Origin: Gemmatimonadales bacterium
GTDB lineage: Bacteria; Gemmatimonadota; Gemmatimonadetes; Gemmatimonadales; GWC2-71-9
Reading direction: 5' to 3'
DNA: 64,000 nucleotides
NCBI GenBank assembly: GCA_037916975.1
Contig: JBAIWX010000150.1
Location: 3,643-67,642 of the forward strand
Position numbers and translations under genes: made by a program. This document shows, in pieces, positions 34,172 to 42,382 of the stretch (position 1 is the stretch's first letter; each line of letters begins with the position of its first letter). The notes beneath the pieces are model-generated. The model had not been told where the DNA came from, ran no database searches, and saw only the letters and a program-made list of their open reading frames with translations.

Positions 34172-34542
34172 TGCAGCGGCACCTGATGAAGTCGAAGATC
34201 CACCGCGCGACGGTGACGTCCGCCGACCTCCACTACGAGGGGTCGCTGACGGTGGACGAGGACCTCCTGGATGCGGCCGACCTGGTCGAGTACGAGGAGA
34301 TCCAGGTCGTCAACGTGAACAACGGGGCGCGCTTCAGCACGTACGTGATCCCCGGGCCGCGCGGCTCGGGCGTCATCCAGCTCAACGGTGCCGCCGCGCG
34401 CCTGGGCATGCCCGGCGACCTGGTCATCCTGATCTCGTACGGGGTCTTCGAGGAGGCGGAGGCGCGGCGCCACGTCCCCCGGGTGGTCTTCGTGGACAGC
34501 GCCAACCGCATCGTGCGCCCGCCCCTCCGCGCGGAGCGCTGA
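34171..34542 (+). CDS. panD: Aspartate 1-decarboxylase
   Basis: [29 protein letters not shown] carries the Gly-Ser self-processing site. The ATG shares 1 nt with the panC stop. Confidence 0.9.
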   Translation: MQRHLMKSKIHRATVTSADLHYEGSLTVDEDLLDAADLVEYEEIQVVNVNNGARFSTYVIPGPRGSGVIQLNGAAARLGMPGDLVILISYGVFEEAEARRHVPRVVFVDSANRIVRPPLRAER

Positions 34543-34549
34543 GCCCGCG

Positions 34550-35137
34550 GTGCCTGCCCCGCGCCCGACGCCCCCCTCGCTCCGGCCCACGATCCCCACG
34601 TGGGCGGTCATGACCCCCGAGCGCCTCGAGCACACCATCCGCGTCGCGGAACTCGTCGCGCAGTGGGCCGAGGCGCTGCTGGTGCCGGATTCCGAGCGGA
34701 ACCGGTGGCTCCGCGCCGTCTGGCTGCACGACGCCCTGCGCGACGCCCCGGCGGAGCAGCTCGCCCAGGTCGCGCCGTCCACGCCGGGGCCGCCCGAGCT
34801 CAAGCACGGGCCGGCCAGCGCCGCGCTCGCCAAGGCCGAGGGCGAGATCGACCGCGGCGTGCTTGATGCCGTGCGCTACCACTCCGTCGGCCTCGCCGAG
34901 TGGGACATGGTGGGCCGCATCCTCTACTGCGCCGACTACCTCGAGCCCGGCCGGGACTTCGAGCGGGAGCGTCGCGCCGAGCTCGCGGCGAGGCTCCCCC
35001 GCGACCCGCGCGGCGTGCTGCGCGAGGTGGCGCGCGCGCGTATGCTTCACCTCATCGGCTCGGGATGGCCCATCCCGGAGCCCGCCTACCGCTTCTGGAA
35101 CAGCCTCGTCGCCCCGCGCTCGTCCGCCTCGGCCTGA
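34550..35137 (+). CDS. HD-domain protein, YqeK-like phosphohydrolase
   Basis: LEHTIRVAELV, WLHDALRD, VRYHSVGL and ILYCADYLEPGRDF match the YqeK-type HD pattern. The start is ATG 34550 or ATG 34610. Confidence 0.7.
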   Translation: MPAPRPTPPSLRPTIPTWAVMTPERLEHTIRVAELVAQWAEALLVPDSERNRWLRAVWLHDALRDAPAEQLAQVAPSTPGPPELKHGPASAALAKAEGEIDRGVLDAVRYHSVGLAEWDMVGRILYCADYLEPGRDFERERRAELAARLPRDPRGVLREVARARMLHLIGSGWPIPEPAYRFWNSLVAPRSSASA

Positions 35138-35526
35138 TCGCCGCGCTCGCGGCGGCGGCCGGCGGCGGCCTCTGGTACCTGACGCACCGACGCGAGCGCC
35201 TCGAGGGCCACGCCTTCGCGGTGCCGTCGGCGGACGGTCGCCTCGTCGTCGAGGTGCTCAACGGCACCGATCGCCAGGGGCTCGCGCGCGTCGCGACGCG
35301 GGTGCTCCGTCGCCAGGGCATCGACGTCGTCTTCCTCGCGAGCGCCGACGCGCCGGCCGACTCGACGCGCCTGCTGGTGCGGCGCGGCGATCCGGCCCTC
35401 GCCGACCGGGTGCGCTCGGCGCTGGGGCAGGGGGCCGTCGCGGTGCGGGCCGATTCGACGCGCCACGTGGACGTCACCGTCATCCTCGGCCGCGACTACC
35501 GGCCGCCCGACGAGTTGCATCCGTAG
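35065..35526 (+). CDS. LytR_C (cell-envelope-related attenuator C-terminal) domain membrane protein
   Basis: An N-terminal TM helix (LGLIAALAAAAGGGLWYL) is followed by VVEVLNGTDRQGLARVATRVLRRQG...VTVILGRDY. The start is uncertain; ATG 35065 gives a 73-nt overlap with the upstream gene. Confidence 0.55.
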   Translation: MAHPGARLPLLEQPRRPALVRLGLIAALAAAAGGGLWYLTHRRERLEGHAFAVPSADGRLVVEVLNGTDRQGLARVATRVLRRQGIDVVFLASADAPADSTRLLVRRGDPALADRVRSALGQGAVAVRADSTRHVDVTVILGRDYRPPDELHP

Positions 35527-35544
35527 CCTGCCACGCCAGAAACG

Positions 35545-35582
35545 ATGCGGCGGGCGATTCCCGAGGGAGTCGCCCGCCGCAT
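35545..35582. terminator. Bidirectional long hairpin between convergent genes
   Basis: ATGCGGCGGGCGA-ttcccgagggag-TCGCCCGCCGCAT is a perfect 13-bp stem with inner CCC/GGG pairing. It lies between the stops at 35526 (+) and 35625 (-). Confidence 0.55.
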
Positions 35583-35624
35583 TGTATCCGCCCCGGGGCG
35601 CGCCGCGCCGCCCCGTTCCGGCGC

Positions 35625-36959
35625 TCACTCCACGAGGCCGATGACCACATCCATGACGTTGGTGCCGGTGAGCCCCGGCGCGAGCAGCGCGCCCGCCGCG
35701 GCGAGGGCGGGATTCGCGTCGTGCCGGGCGAGGTCGCGCGCGGGATCCCGCCCCGCGGCCGAGATCGCCTGCCACGTGCTCCCGTCCACGATCGCGCCGG
35801 CGGCGTCGGTGGGGCCGTCGCGCCCGTCGGTGCCGGCGGCGAGGAGGGTGATTCCCGCGGTGCCGGCGAGCGTCGCGGCCGCCGCGAGCGCCAGTTCCTG
35901 GCACCGTCCGCCCAGCCCGGGGTCCTCCCCAAGGGTGACGGTGGTCTCCCCGCCCCAGATGACGCAACGCCTTGCGCCCCCTTGCGTTCCGGGAGCTTGT
36001 GAATTATTTCGCAAAGTCGCGGCTACACTCGCTCCAGCCGTCCGCGCCTCCCCGAGGAGGGGGGCCCGTACGATCTCGACCGCGAGGCCCAACCCTGCCG
36101 CATGCCTGGCCGCCGCTTCCAGCGCCAGGGCGTTGCTCGCCACGATCTCGGTCTCGACGGTCCGGAACACCGGGTCGCCCGCCTTCGGCGTCTCGGGTGC
36201 GGTGCCGTTTTCCACCGCGGCGAGGTGGGTGCGCAGCGCGACGGGAAGCCGGTCCCAGAGTCCCGCGGCCGCGAGCTCGGCGTGGATCTCCCGGGCGGTC
36301 GCGGGGTCGGGGACGCAGGGACCGGAGCCGATGGCGGGGAGGTCGTCGCCGATCACGTCGGACACGACGAGCTGGCGGATGCGGGCGGCGCCGGCGAGCG
36401 CGGCGGCCAGCTTGCCGCCGCCCCAGCGGGTGAAGCGCTTCCGGACGCGGTTCATCGCGCCGATGTCGAGGCCGGAGCCGAGCAGCAGGCCGTAGAGCGC
36501 GTGGAGTTCCGCCGGCGCGATGCCGGGGAGCGGGGCGCCGACGAGGCTGGTGGTGCCGCCCGAGAGCAGGACCCACACCTCGGCGCCCGGCGGGATGCGG
36601 GCCACGACGTCGCCGAGGAGCGTGGCGGCGGCGAGCGAGGCGGCGCCGGGCTGCGGGTGGTCGCCCGCGACGACCGGCAGGGCCGCGTCGGGCGCGGGGG
36701 CGAGCGCCGGGGCCACGACGAGCCCGCCCGCGAGGTCGAGGCCCTGCGCGCGCGCGTGGCGCGCCGCGGCGGCCGCCATCGGGACGGCGGCCTTGCCGAG
36801 GGCGAGGATCCAGAGCGGGACGCCGCGCGCGGGGCGCGGGCCGCGCGCCAGCGCGGCCGCGACGGCGGGGCCGGGATCCACCGCGCGGACGGCCGCGCCG
36901 TAGAGCGATTCGAGCGTGGCGCGCGCGCCGCGCGGGGCGGGGTCGGTGTGAGGATTCAT
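35625..36959 (-). CDS. gckA: Glycerate 2-kinase (MOFRL/TtuD family)
   Basis: 444 aa with VLLSGGTTSL, WGGETTVTLG, GLGGRCQELALAAA and AAGTDGRDGPTDAAGA, the pattern of the MOFRL glycerate kinase family. It is divergent from the sgaA operon. Confidence 0.78.
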   Translation of the reverse strand: MNPHTDPAPRGARATLESLYGAAVRAVDPGPAVAAALARGPRPARGVPLWILALGKAAVPMAAAAARHARAQGLDLAGGLVVAPALAPAPDAALPVVAGDHPQPGAASLAAATLLGDVVARIPPGAEVWVLLSGGTTSLVGAPLPGIAPAELHALYGLLLGSGLDIGAMNRVRKRFTRWGGGKLAAALAGAARIRQLVVSDVIGDDLPAIGSGPCVPDPATAREIHAELAAAGLWDRLPVALRTHLAAVENGTAPETPKAGDPVFRTVETEIVASNALALEAAARHAAGLGLAVEIVRAPLLGEARTAGASVAATLRNNSQAPGTQGGARRCVIWGGETTVTLGEDPGLGGRCQELALAAAATLAGTAGITLLAAGTDGRDGPTDAAGAIVDGSTWQAISAAGRDPARDLARHDANPALAAAGALLAPGLTGTNVMDVVIGLVE

Positions 36960-36979
36960 TCAGCCTGGTGGGGCGGAGG

Positions 36980-37008
36980 TTTCGTCCAGCGGGCCGCATG
37001 AATATATC
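36980..37008 (+). promoter_or_regulatory. Candidate promoter for the sgaA operon (TTTCGT-N17-TATATC)
   Basis: This is the only AT-rich patch in the 132-bp gckA/sgaA divergent spacer. It is followed by the hairpin GAGACGG...CCGTCTC (37010-37032) and a GAGG Shine-Dalgarno 6 nt before the ATG at 37092. Confidence 0.25.
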
Positions 37009-37091
37009 AGAGACGGGCGGGGCCGCCGTCTCGGAAATGGCCGTGGTCCGGTGAGGCCGCGGACGCGTTTTCCTTTCTCAGCGAGGTCGCA

Positions 37092-38330
37092 ATGCCGGGT
37101 CGCAACTTCCTCTTCGTGCCGGGACCGACGAACACGCCGGACCGGATCCTCCGGGCGATGCACGTGCCGATGGAGGACCACCGCTCGTCCTCGTTCCCGG
37201 AGCTCACGCTCCCGATCTTCCGCGACCTCCGCACCGTCTTCCAGACCACGAGCGGGACGCCCTTCGTCTTCCCCGGCACGGGGACGGGCGGCTGGGAGTC
37301 GGCCCTCGTCAACACGCTCTCGCCGGGCGACAAGGTGCTCTCGTTCCGCTACGGCCAGTTCAGCCACCTCTGGATCGACATGATGCAGCGGCTCGGCCTC
37401 GACGTGACGGCGATCGACGTCGAGTGGGGCGAGGGGGCGCCGCCGGAGCAGGTCGAGGAGATCCTGCGCAAGGACACGGCGCACGCCTACAAGGCCGTGT
37501 GCGTGGTGCACAACGAGACGGCGACGGGCGTGACGAGCGACATCGGCGCCGTGCGGAAGGCGATCGACGCGGCGAAGCACCCGGCGCTCCTCATGGTGGA
37601 CAGCGTCTCGGGCTTCGCCAGCATCGACTTCCGCATGGACGAGTGGAAGGTGGACATCGCGGTCACCGGGTCGCAGAAGGGCTTCATGCTGCCGGCGGGC
37701 GCGGGGATCGTCTGCGTGAGCCCGAAGGCGCTCGAGCACGGCAAGACGGCGAAGCTCCCGCGCTGCTACTGGAGCTACGAGGACATGATCAAGGCGAACG
37801 CGACGGGGTACTTCCCGTACACGCCGTCGATCCCGATGCTCTACGGGCTGCGCGAGGCCCTGACGATGCTGCTCGAGGAGGGGCTGCCGAACGTCTTCGC
37901 GCGGCACCACCGGCTCGCCGAGGGGTGCCGGCGCGCGGTGGCGGCGTGGGGGCTCTCGCTCTGCGCGAAGGCGCCGAAGTGGCACTCCGACACGGTGAGC
38001 GCCATCATGGTGCCGCCGGGCTTCAACGGCGCCGACGTGATCGACGTCGCGTACCGGCGCTACAACTTCGCCCTCGGCGCGGGGCTCAACAAGGTCGCGG
38101 GCAAGCTCTTCCGCATCGGCCACCTGGGCGACCTGAACGAGATCACCCTCCTCGCGGGGATCGCCGGCGCGGAGATGGCGATGAAGGACGTCGGCATCAA
38201 GGTCACGCTCGGCTCGGGCGTGGCGGCGGCCCAGCAGTACTGGATCGACACCCAGGCGCCGCTCCCGCCGAAGTCGGTGGCGGGCCCGGCGGAGGCGGCG
38301 GTGGCCCGCAAGCCGGCGGGGGTCGCGTGA
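37092..38330 (+). CDS. sgaA: Serine--glyoxylate aminotransferase
   Basis: Near-colinear with Methylobacterium extorquens SgaA as I recall it: GRNFLFVPGPTNTPDRILRAM, FGQFSHLWIDM(M/A)QRLGLDV, VVHNETATGVTSDIGAVRKAIDAAKHPALL, GSQKGFMLPAG, GYFPYTP and KLFRIGHLGDLNE. Confidence 0.9.
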   Translation: MPGRNFLFVPGPTNTPDRILRAMHVPMEDHRSSSFPELTLPIFRDLRTVFQTTSGTPFVFPGTGTGGWESALVNTLSPGDKVLSFRYGQFSHLWIDMMQRLGLDVTAIDVEWGEGAPPEQVEEILRKDTAHAYKAVCVVHNETATGVTSDIGAVRKAIDAAKHPALLMVDSVSGFASIDFRMDEWKVDIAVTGSQKGFMLPAGAGIVCVSPKALEHGKTAKLPRCYWSYEDMIKANATGYFPYTPSIPMLYGLREALTMLLEEGLPNVFARHHRLAEGCRRAVAAWGLSLCAKAPKWHSDTVSAIMVPPGFNGADVIDVAYRRYNFALGAGLNKVAGKLFRIGHLGDLNEITLLAGIAGAEMAMKDVGIKVTLGSGVAAAQQYWIDTQAPLPPKSVAGPAEAAVARKPAGVA

Positions 38331-39268
38331 GCCACACGCGCTTCGAGCCGGTCCGCCCGCGGCTGCAGCGCAGCACGCTCGCGGTGCCGGGCTCCCAGCC
38401 GCAGATGTTCCAGAAGGCGCTCGAGAGCGCGGCCGACGTCGTGTTCCTCGACCTCGAGGACGCGGTGGCGCCGGCCGACAAGGAGCAGGCCCGGGTGAAC
38501 GTCATCCAGGGCCTGCGCGAGCTCGACTGGCGCGGGCGCGGGAAGACCGTCATGGTCCGGCTCAACGGCATCGACACCCACTACTTCTACCGCGACGTGG
38601 TGGACGTGGTGGAGCAGGCGGGCGACCGGCTCGACCTGGTGCTCGTCCCGAAGGTCGGCGTCCCGGCGGACGTGTACCTCACCGACGCCCTGCTCACCCA
38701 GATCGAGGCGGCGAAGGGGATCCCGCACCGGATCGGGATCGAGGTGCTGATCGAGACTGCGCTCGGGATGGCGAACGTCGAGGCGATCGCGCAGAGTTCG
38801 CGGCGGCTCGAGGCGATGCACTTCGGGGTGGCGGACTACGCGGCGAGCTGCCGCGCGCGCACGGTGAGCATCGGGGGGCTCAACCCCGACTACCCGGGCG
38901 ACCAGTGGCACTTCGCGCTCTCGCGCATGACCGTCGCGTGCCGCGCCTACGGGCTCCGCGCGATCGACGGCCCCTTCGGCGACTTCAAGGACCCCGACGG
39001 CTTCCTCGCGGCGGCCCGGCGGGACGCGGCGCTCGGCATCGAGGGCAAGTGGGCGATCCACCCCTCGCAGGTCGCGCTGGCGAACGAGGTCTTCACCCCG
39101 CCGCCGGCGGAGGTGGAGCGCGCCCGGCGGATCCTCGTGGCCCTCGACGAGGCGGCGAAGGCGGGGAAGGGCGCCGCCCAGCTCGACGGCAAGATGATCG
39201 ACGCGGCCTCGGCCCGGATGGCCGAGAACATCGTCCGCATGGCGGAAGCCATCGCGGCCAGGACCTGA
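38327..39268 (+). CDS. mclA: Malyl-CoA lyase
   Basis: PRLQRSTLAVPGSQP, ADVVFLDLEDAVAPADKEQAR, LVPKVGVPADVY, LIETALGMANVEAIA, ACRAYGLRAIDGPFGDF and GIEGKWAIHPSQ. The GTG overlaps the sgaA stop (GTGA). Confidence 0.9.
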   Translation: MSHTRFEPVRPRLQRSTLAVPGSQPQMFQKALESAADVVFLDLEDAVAPADKEQARVNVIQGLRELDWRGRGKTVMVRLNGIDTHYFYRDVVDVVEQAGDRLDLVLVPKVGVPADVYLTDALLTQIEAAKGIPHRIGIEVLIETALGMANVEAIAQSSRRLEAMHFGVADYAASCRARTVSIGGLNPDYPGDQWHFALSRMTVACRAYGLRAIDGPFGDFKDPDGFLAAARRDAALGIEGKWAIHPSQVALANEVFTPPPAEVERARRILVALDEAAKAGKGAAQLDGKMIDAASARMAENIVRMAEAIAART

Positions 39269-39295
39269 CCAGGCGAGCCAACGGGAGAGACGTCC

Positions 39296-40492
39296 GTGGA
39301 CATCCACGAATACCAGGCCAAGGAACTCCTCGCCGGCTTCGGCGTCGGGATCCCCCGCGGCGGGGTGGCGTACAGCCCCGAGCAGGCGGTGTACCGCGCG
39401 TCGGAGATCGGCGGGAACCGCTGGGCGGTGAAGGCCCAGATCCACTCGGGGGCCCGCGGCAAGGCGGGCGGCATCAAGGTCTGCACGACCGAGGACGAGG
39501 TCCGGCAGGCGGCGAAGACGCTCCTCGGGAGCCGGCTGGTGACGCACCAGACGGGGCCCGAGGGGAAGGTGGTGCACCGGCTCTACGTCGAGCAGGCGGT
39601 GCCGATCGAGCGCGAGATCTACCTCGGGCTCGTGCTGGACCGGAAGAGCCAGCGCATCATGGTGGTCGCCGCCCCGCAGGGCGGCATGGAGATCGAGGAG
39701 ATCGCGAAGACGCACCCCGACGCCATCATCCGCGAGGTGGTGGAGCCGGCGGTCGGGATGACGGCGTTCCAGGCGCGCGAGGTCGCCTTCGCGCTCGGGC
39801 TCTCGCCGCAGCTGGTGACGCGGATGGTGAACACCCTCCTCGGCTGCCACCGCGCCTTCCGCGACCTCGACGCCACGATGGTGGAGATCAACCCGCTCGT
39901 GGTCACGAAGGACGGCCAGCTCCTCGCGCTCGACGCGAAGATGACCTTCGACGACAACGCCCTCTTCCGGCGGCCGAACGTCGCGGAGCTCCGCGACTAC
40001 GCCGAGGAGGACCCGCGCGAGGCGATGGCGTCGGAGCACGGGCTCAACTACGTGGCGCTCGACGGGAACATCGGCTGCATCATCAACGGCGCCGGCCTCG
40101 CCATGGCCACGATGGACATGATCAAGCACGCCGGCGGCTCGCCGGCGAACTTCCTCGACGTGGGCGGCGGCGCCTCGCCGGAGCGCGTGGCGACGGCGTT
40201 CAAGCTCGTGCTCGCCGACCCGAAGATCGAGGCGATGCTCGTCAACATCTTCGCCGGCATCAACCGCTGCGACTGGGTGGCGCAGGGCGTGGTGCAGGCG
40301 GTGCGGGAGATCGACCTCAAGATCCCGCTCGTCGTGCGCCTCGCCGGCACGAACGTCGAGGCGGGCCGCAAGATCCTCACCGACAGCGGGCTCCCCATCA
40401 TCACCGCCGAGTCGCTCGCCGACGCCGCGGACAAGGTGGTGGCCGCCCTCAACGGCGCGCGGGCCGGGGCCGGCCGCGCCGCAGGAGCGTGA
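39296..40492 (+). CDS. mtkA: Malate--CoA ligase (malate thiokinase) beta subunit; SucC paralogue
   Basis: [17 protein letters not shown] and [20 protein letters not shown]. The GARGKAGG variant and genomic context favour MtkA over SucC. GGGAGAG lies upstream of the GTG start. Confidence 0.78.
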   Translation: MDIHEYQAKELLAGFGVGIPRGGVAYSPEQAVYRASEIGGNRWAVKAQIHSGARGKAGGIKVCTTEDEVRQAAKTLLGSRLVTHQTGPEGKVVHRLYVEQAVPIEREIYLGLVLDRKSQRIMVVAAPQGGMEIEEIAKTHPDAIIREVVEPAVGMTAFQAREVAFALGLSPQLVTRMVNTLLGCHRAFRDLDATMVEINPLVVTKDGQLLALDAKMTFDDNALFRRPNVAELRDYAEEDPREAMASEHGLNYVALDGNIGCIINGAGLAMATMDMIKHAGGSPANFLDVGGGASPERVATAFKLVLADPKIEAMLVNIFAGINRCDWVAQGVVQAVREIDLKIPLVVRLAGTNVEAGRKILTDSGLPIITAESLADAADKVVAALNGARAGAGRAAGA

Positions 40493-40496
40493 CGCG

Positions 40497-41411
40497 ATGA
40501 GCATCCTGATCGACCAGACCACGCGGGTCATCGTCCAGGGCTTCACCGGCGACAAGGCGACCTTCCACGCGAAGGAGATGATCGCCTACGGCACGAACGT
40601 GGTCGGCGGCGTCACCCCGGGGAAGGGCGGCACCCGCCACCTCGACCGCCCCGTGTTCAACACGGTGAAGGAGGCGGTGCAGGAGACCGGCGCCACGGCG
40701 AGCATCGTGTTCGTCCCGGCCGCCTTCTGCGCCGACTCCATCATGGAGGCGGCCGCCGCCGGCATCCGCCTCGTCTGCGCCATCACCGACGGGATCCCGG
40801 CGCAGGACATGATGATGGTGAAGCGCTACCTCCTCCGGTTCCCGAAGGAGCGGCGCACCATGCTCGTCGGCCCCAACTGCGCGGGGCTCATCTCCCCCGG
40901 CAAGGCGATGCTCGGCATCATGCCGGGGCACATCTACATGCAGGGGAACGTGGGCGTGGTGACCCGCTCGGGCACCCTCGGCTACGAGGCCGCCTCGCAG
41001 ATGAAGGCGCTCGGCATCGGCATCTCGACGAGCGTCGGCATCGGCGGCGACCCGATCAACGGCTGCTCGTTCATGGACGTCCTCCAGCTCTTCGAGGAGG
41101 ACCCGGAGACCGACGCGGTCATGATGATCGGCGAGATCGGCGGCCCGCAGGAGGCCGAGGCGGCGCAGTGGGCCCGCGAGAACATGACGAAGCCGGTCAT
41201 CGGCTACGTCGCCGGCCTCACCGCGCCCAAGGGCCGCCGGATGGGCCACGCCGGCGCCATCATCTCCGCCTTCGGCGACACGGCGGCGGAGAAGGCCGAA
41301 ATCATGCGGTCGCTGGGCCTGGCCGTGGCGCCGAGCCCGGCGGAGCTGGGCGACACCGTGGCGAAGGTGCTCGCCTCGCGGAAGGGCCGGACCACGGTGG
41401 GCGCCGCATGA
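40497..41411 (+). CDS. mtkB: Malate--CoA ligase alpha subunit; SucD paralogue
   Basis: MSILIDQTTRVIVQGFTGDKATFHAKEMIAYGTNVVGGVTPGKGG, GPNCAGLISPGKAMLGIMPGHIY and AGLTAPKGRRMGHAGAIIS match M. extorquens MtkB as I recall it. Confidence 0.78.
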   Translation: MSILIDQTTRVIVQGFTGDKATFHAKEMIAYGTNVVGGVTPGKGGTRHLDRPVFNTVKEAVQETGATASIVFVPAAFCADSIMEAAAAGIRLVCAITDGIPAQDMMMVKRYLLRFPKERRTMLVGPNCAGLISPGKAMLGIMPGHIYMQGNVGVVTRSGTLGYEAASQMKALGIGISTSVGIGGDPINGCSFMDVLQLFEEDPETDAVMMIGEIGGPQEAEAAQWARENMTKPVIGYVAGLTAPKGRRMGHAGAIISAFGDTAAEKAEIMRSLGLAVAPSPAELGDTVAKVLASRKGRTTVGAA

Positions 41412-42382
41412 GCGCCCGCCCGGTCGTGGTCGTCACGCGCCGCCTCCCCGGGGAGGTGGAGGCGGAGCTCGGGAAGGACTTCGACGTCCGGCTGAACGCT
41501 GACGACGTCCCCCTCACCGCCGAGCAGCTCAAGGAGGCGCTCCGGACGGCGGATGCGCTCCTGCCGACGGTGACCGACCGCCTCACCGCCGAGGTGCTGG
41601 GCGTGGAGCCGCTCCGGGCGCGGATCCTCGCCAACTTCGGCGTCGGCTTCAACCACATCGACGTGGCGACGGCGAAGGCCCGCGGGCTCGCCGTCTCCAA
41701 CACCCCCGACGTCCTGACCGACGCCACCGCCGACACCGCCGTGACGCTGCTCCTCATGGTGGCGCGCCGCGCGGGCGAGGGGGAACGCCACGTCCGCGCC
41801 GGGCAGTGGACGGGCTGGCGGCCCACGCACATGCTCGGGACCCACGTGACCGGCAAGACGCTCGGCCTCGTCGGCATGGGCCGCATCGCGCGCGCGGTCG
41901 CGCGGCGGGCGCACCACGGCTTCGGGATGAAGGTCATCTTCCACGACCCGTACCCCCCGACGCCGCAGGAGGCGGCGGCCCTCGGGGCCGAGCCCTGCGG
42001 GTCGCTCGACGAGGTGTTCGAGCGGAGCGACTTCGTCTCGCTCCACTGCCCGGCCACCCCGGAGACGCGGCACCTGGTGAACGCGGAGCGGCTCGCGCGG
42101 ATGAAGCGCGGCGCCTACCTCGTGAACACCGCGCGCGGCGACGTCGTGGACGAGGCGGCGCTGGTCGCGGCGCTCCGGGCCGGCACCATCGCCGGGGCCG
42201 GCCTCGACGTCTTCGAGAAGGAGCCGGCCGTCACCCCGGCGCTCCTCGGCATGGAGAACGTGGTGCTCCTGCCGCACCTCGGGAGCGCGACCCGCGAGAC
42301 CCGCGTGGCGATGGGGATGCGCGCCCTCGAGAACCTGCGCCTCTTCTTCGCCGGCAAGCCCCTGCGCGACAAGGTGGCGTGA
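41408..42382 (+). CDS. hprA: Hydroxypyruvate/glyoxylate reductase (D-2-hydroxyacid dehydrogenase family)
   Basis: NAD-binding GKTLGLVGMGRIARAVARR, and the catalytic region LVNTARGDVVDE...LLPHLGSAT. The ATG overlaps the mtkB stop (ATGA). Confidence 0.78.
   Translation: MSARPVVVVTRRLPGEVEAELGKDFDVRLNADDVPLTAEQLKEALRTADALLPTVTDRLTAEVLGVEPLRARILANFGVGFNHIDVATAKARGLAVSNTPDVLTDATADTAVTLLLMVARRAGEGERHVRAGQWTGWRPTHMLGTHVTGKTLGLVGMGRIARAVARRAHHGFGMKVIFHDPYPPTPQEAAALGAEPCGSLDEVFERSDFVSLHCPATPETRHLVNAERLARMKRGAYLVNTARGDVVDEAALVAALRAGTIAGAGLDVFEKEPAVTPALLGMENVVLLPHLGSATRETRVAMGMRALENLRLFFAGKPLRDKVA

Noticed and set aside
34900-35137. The long form of the LytR_C ORF (start 34900), overlapping the YqeK-like gene by 238 nt.
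   Set aside because: The overlapped part is Arg/Ala/Pro-rich with no features. A start at ATG 35065, just before the TM helix, is more plausible, although the true start is still uncertain.
39296-41411. Interpreting these two genes as ordinary succinyl-CoA synthetase (sucCD).
   Set aside because: Several points favour malate thiokinase. These are the sequence variants (GARGKAGG; GPNCAGLISPGKAMLGIMPG; MSILID N-terminus), placement between malyl-CoA lyase and hydroxypyruvate reductase, and the ATGA overlap of the mtkB stop with the hprA start. This still needs a phylogeny, so confidence was kept below 0.8.
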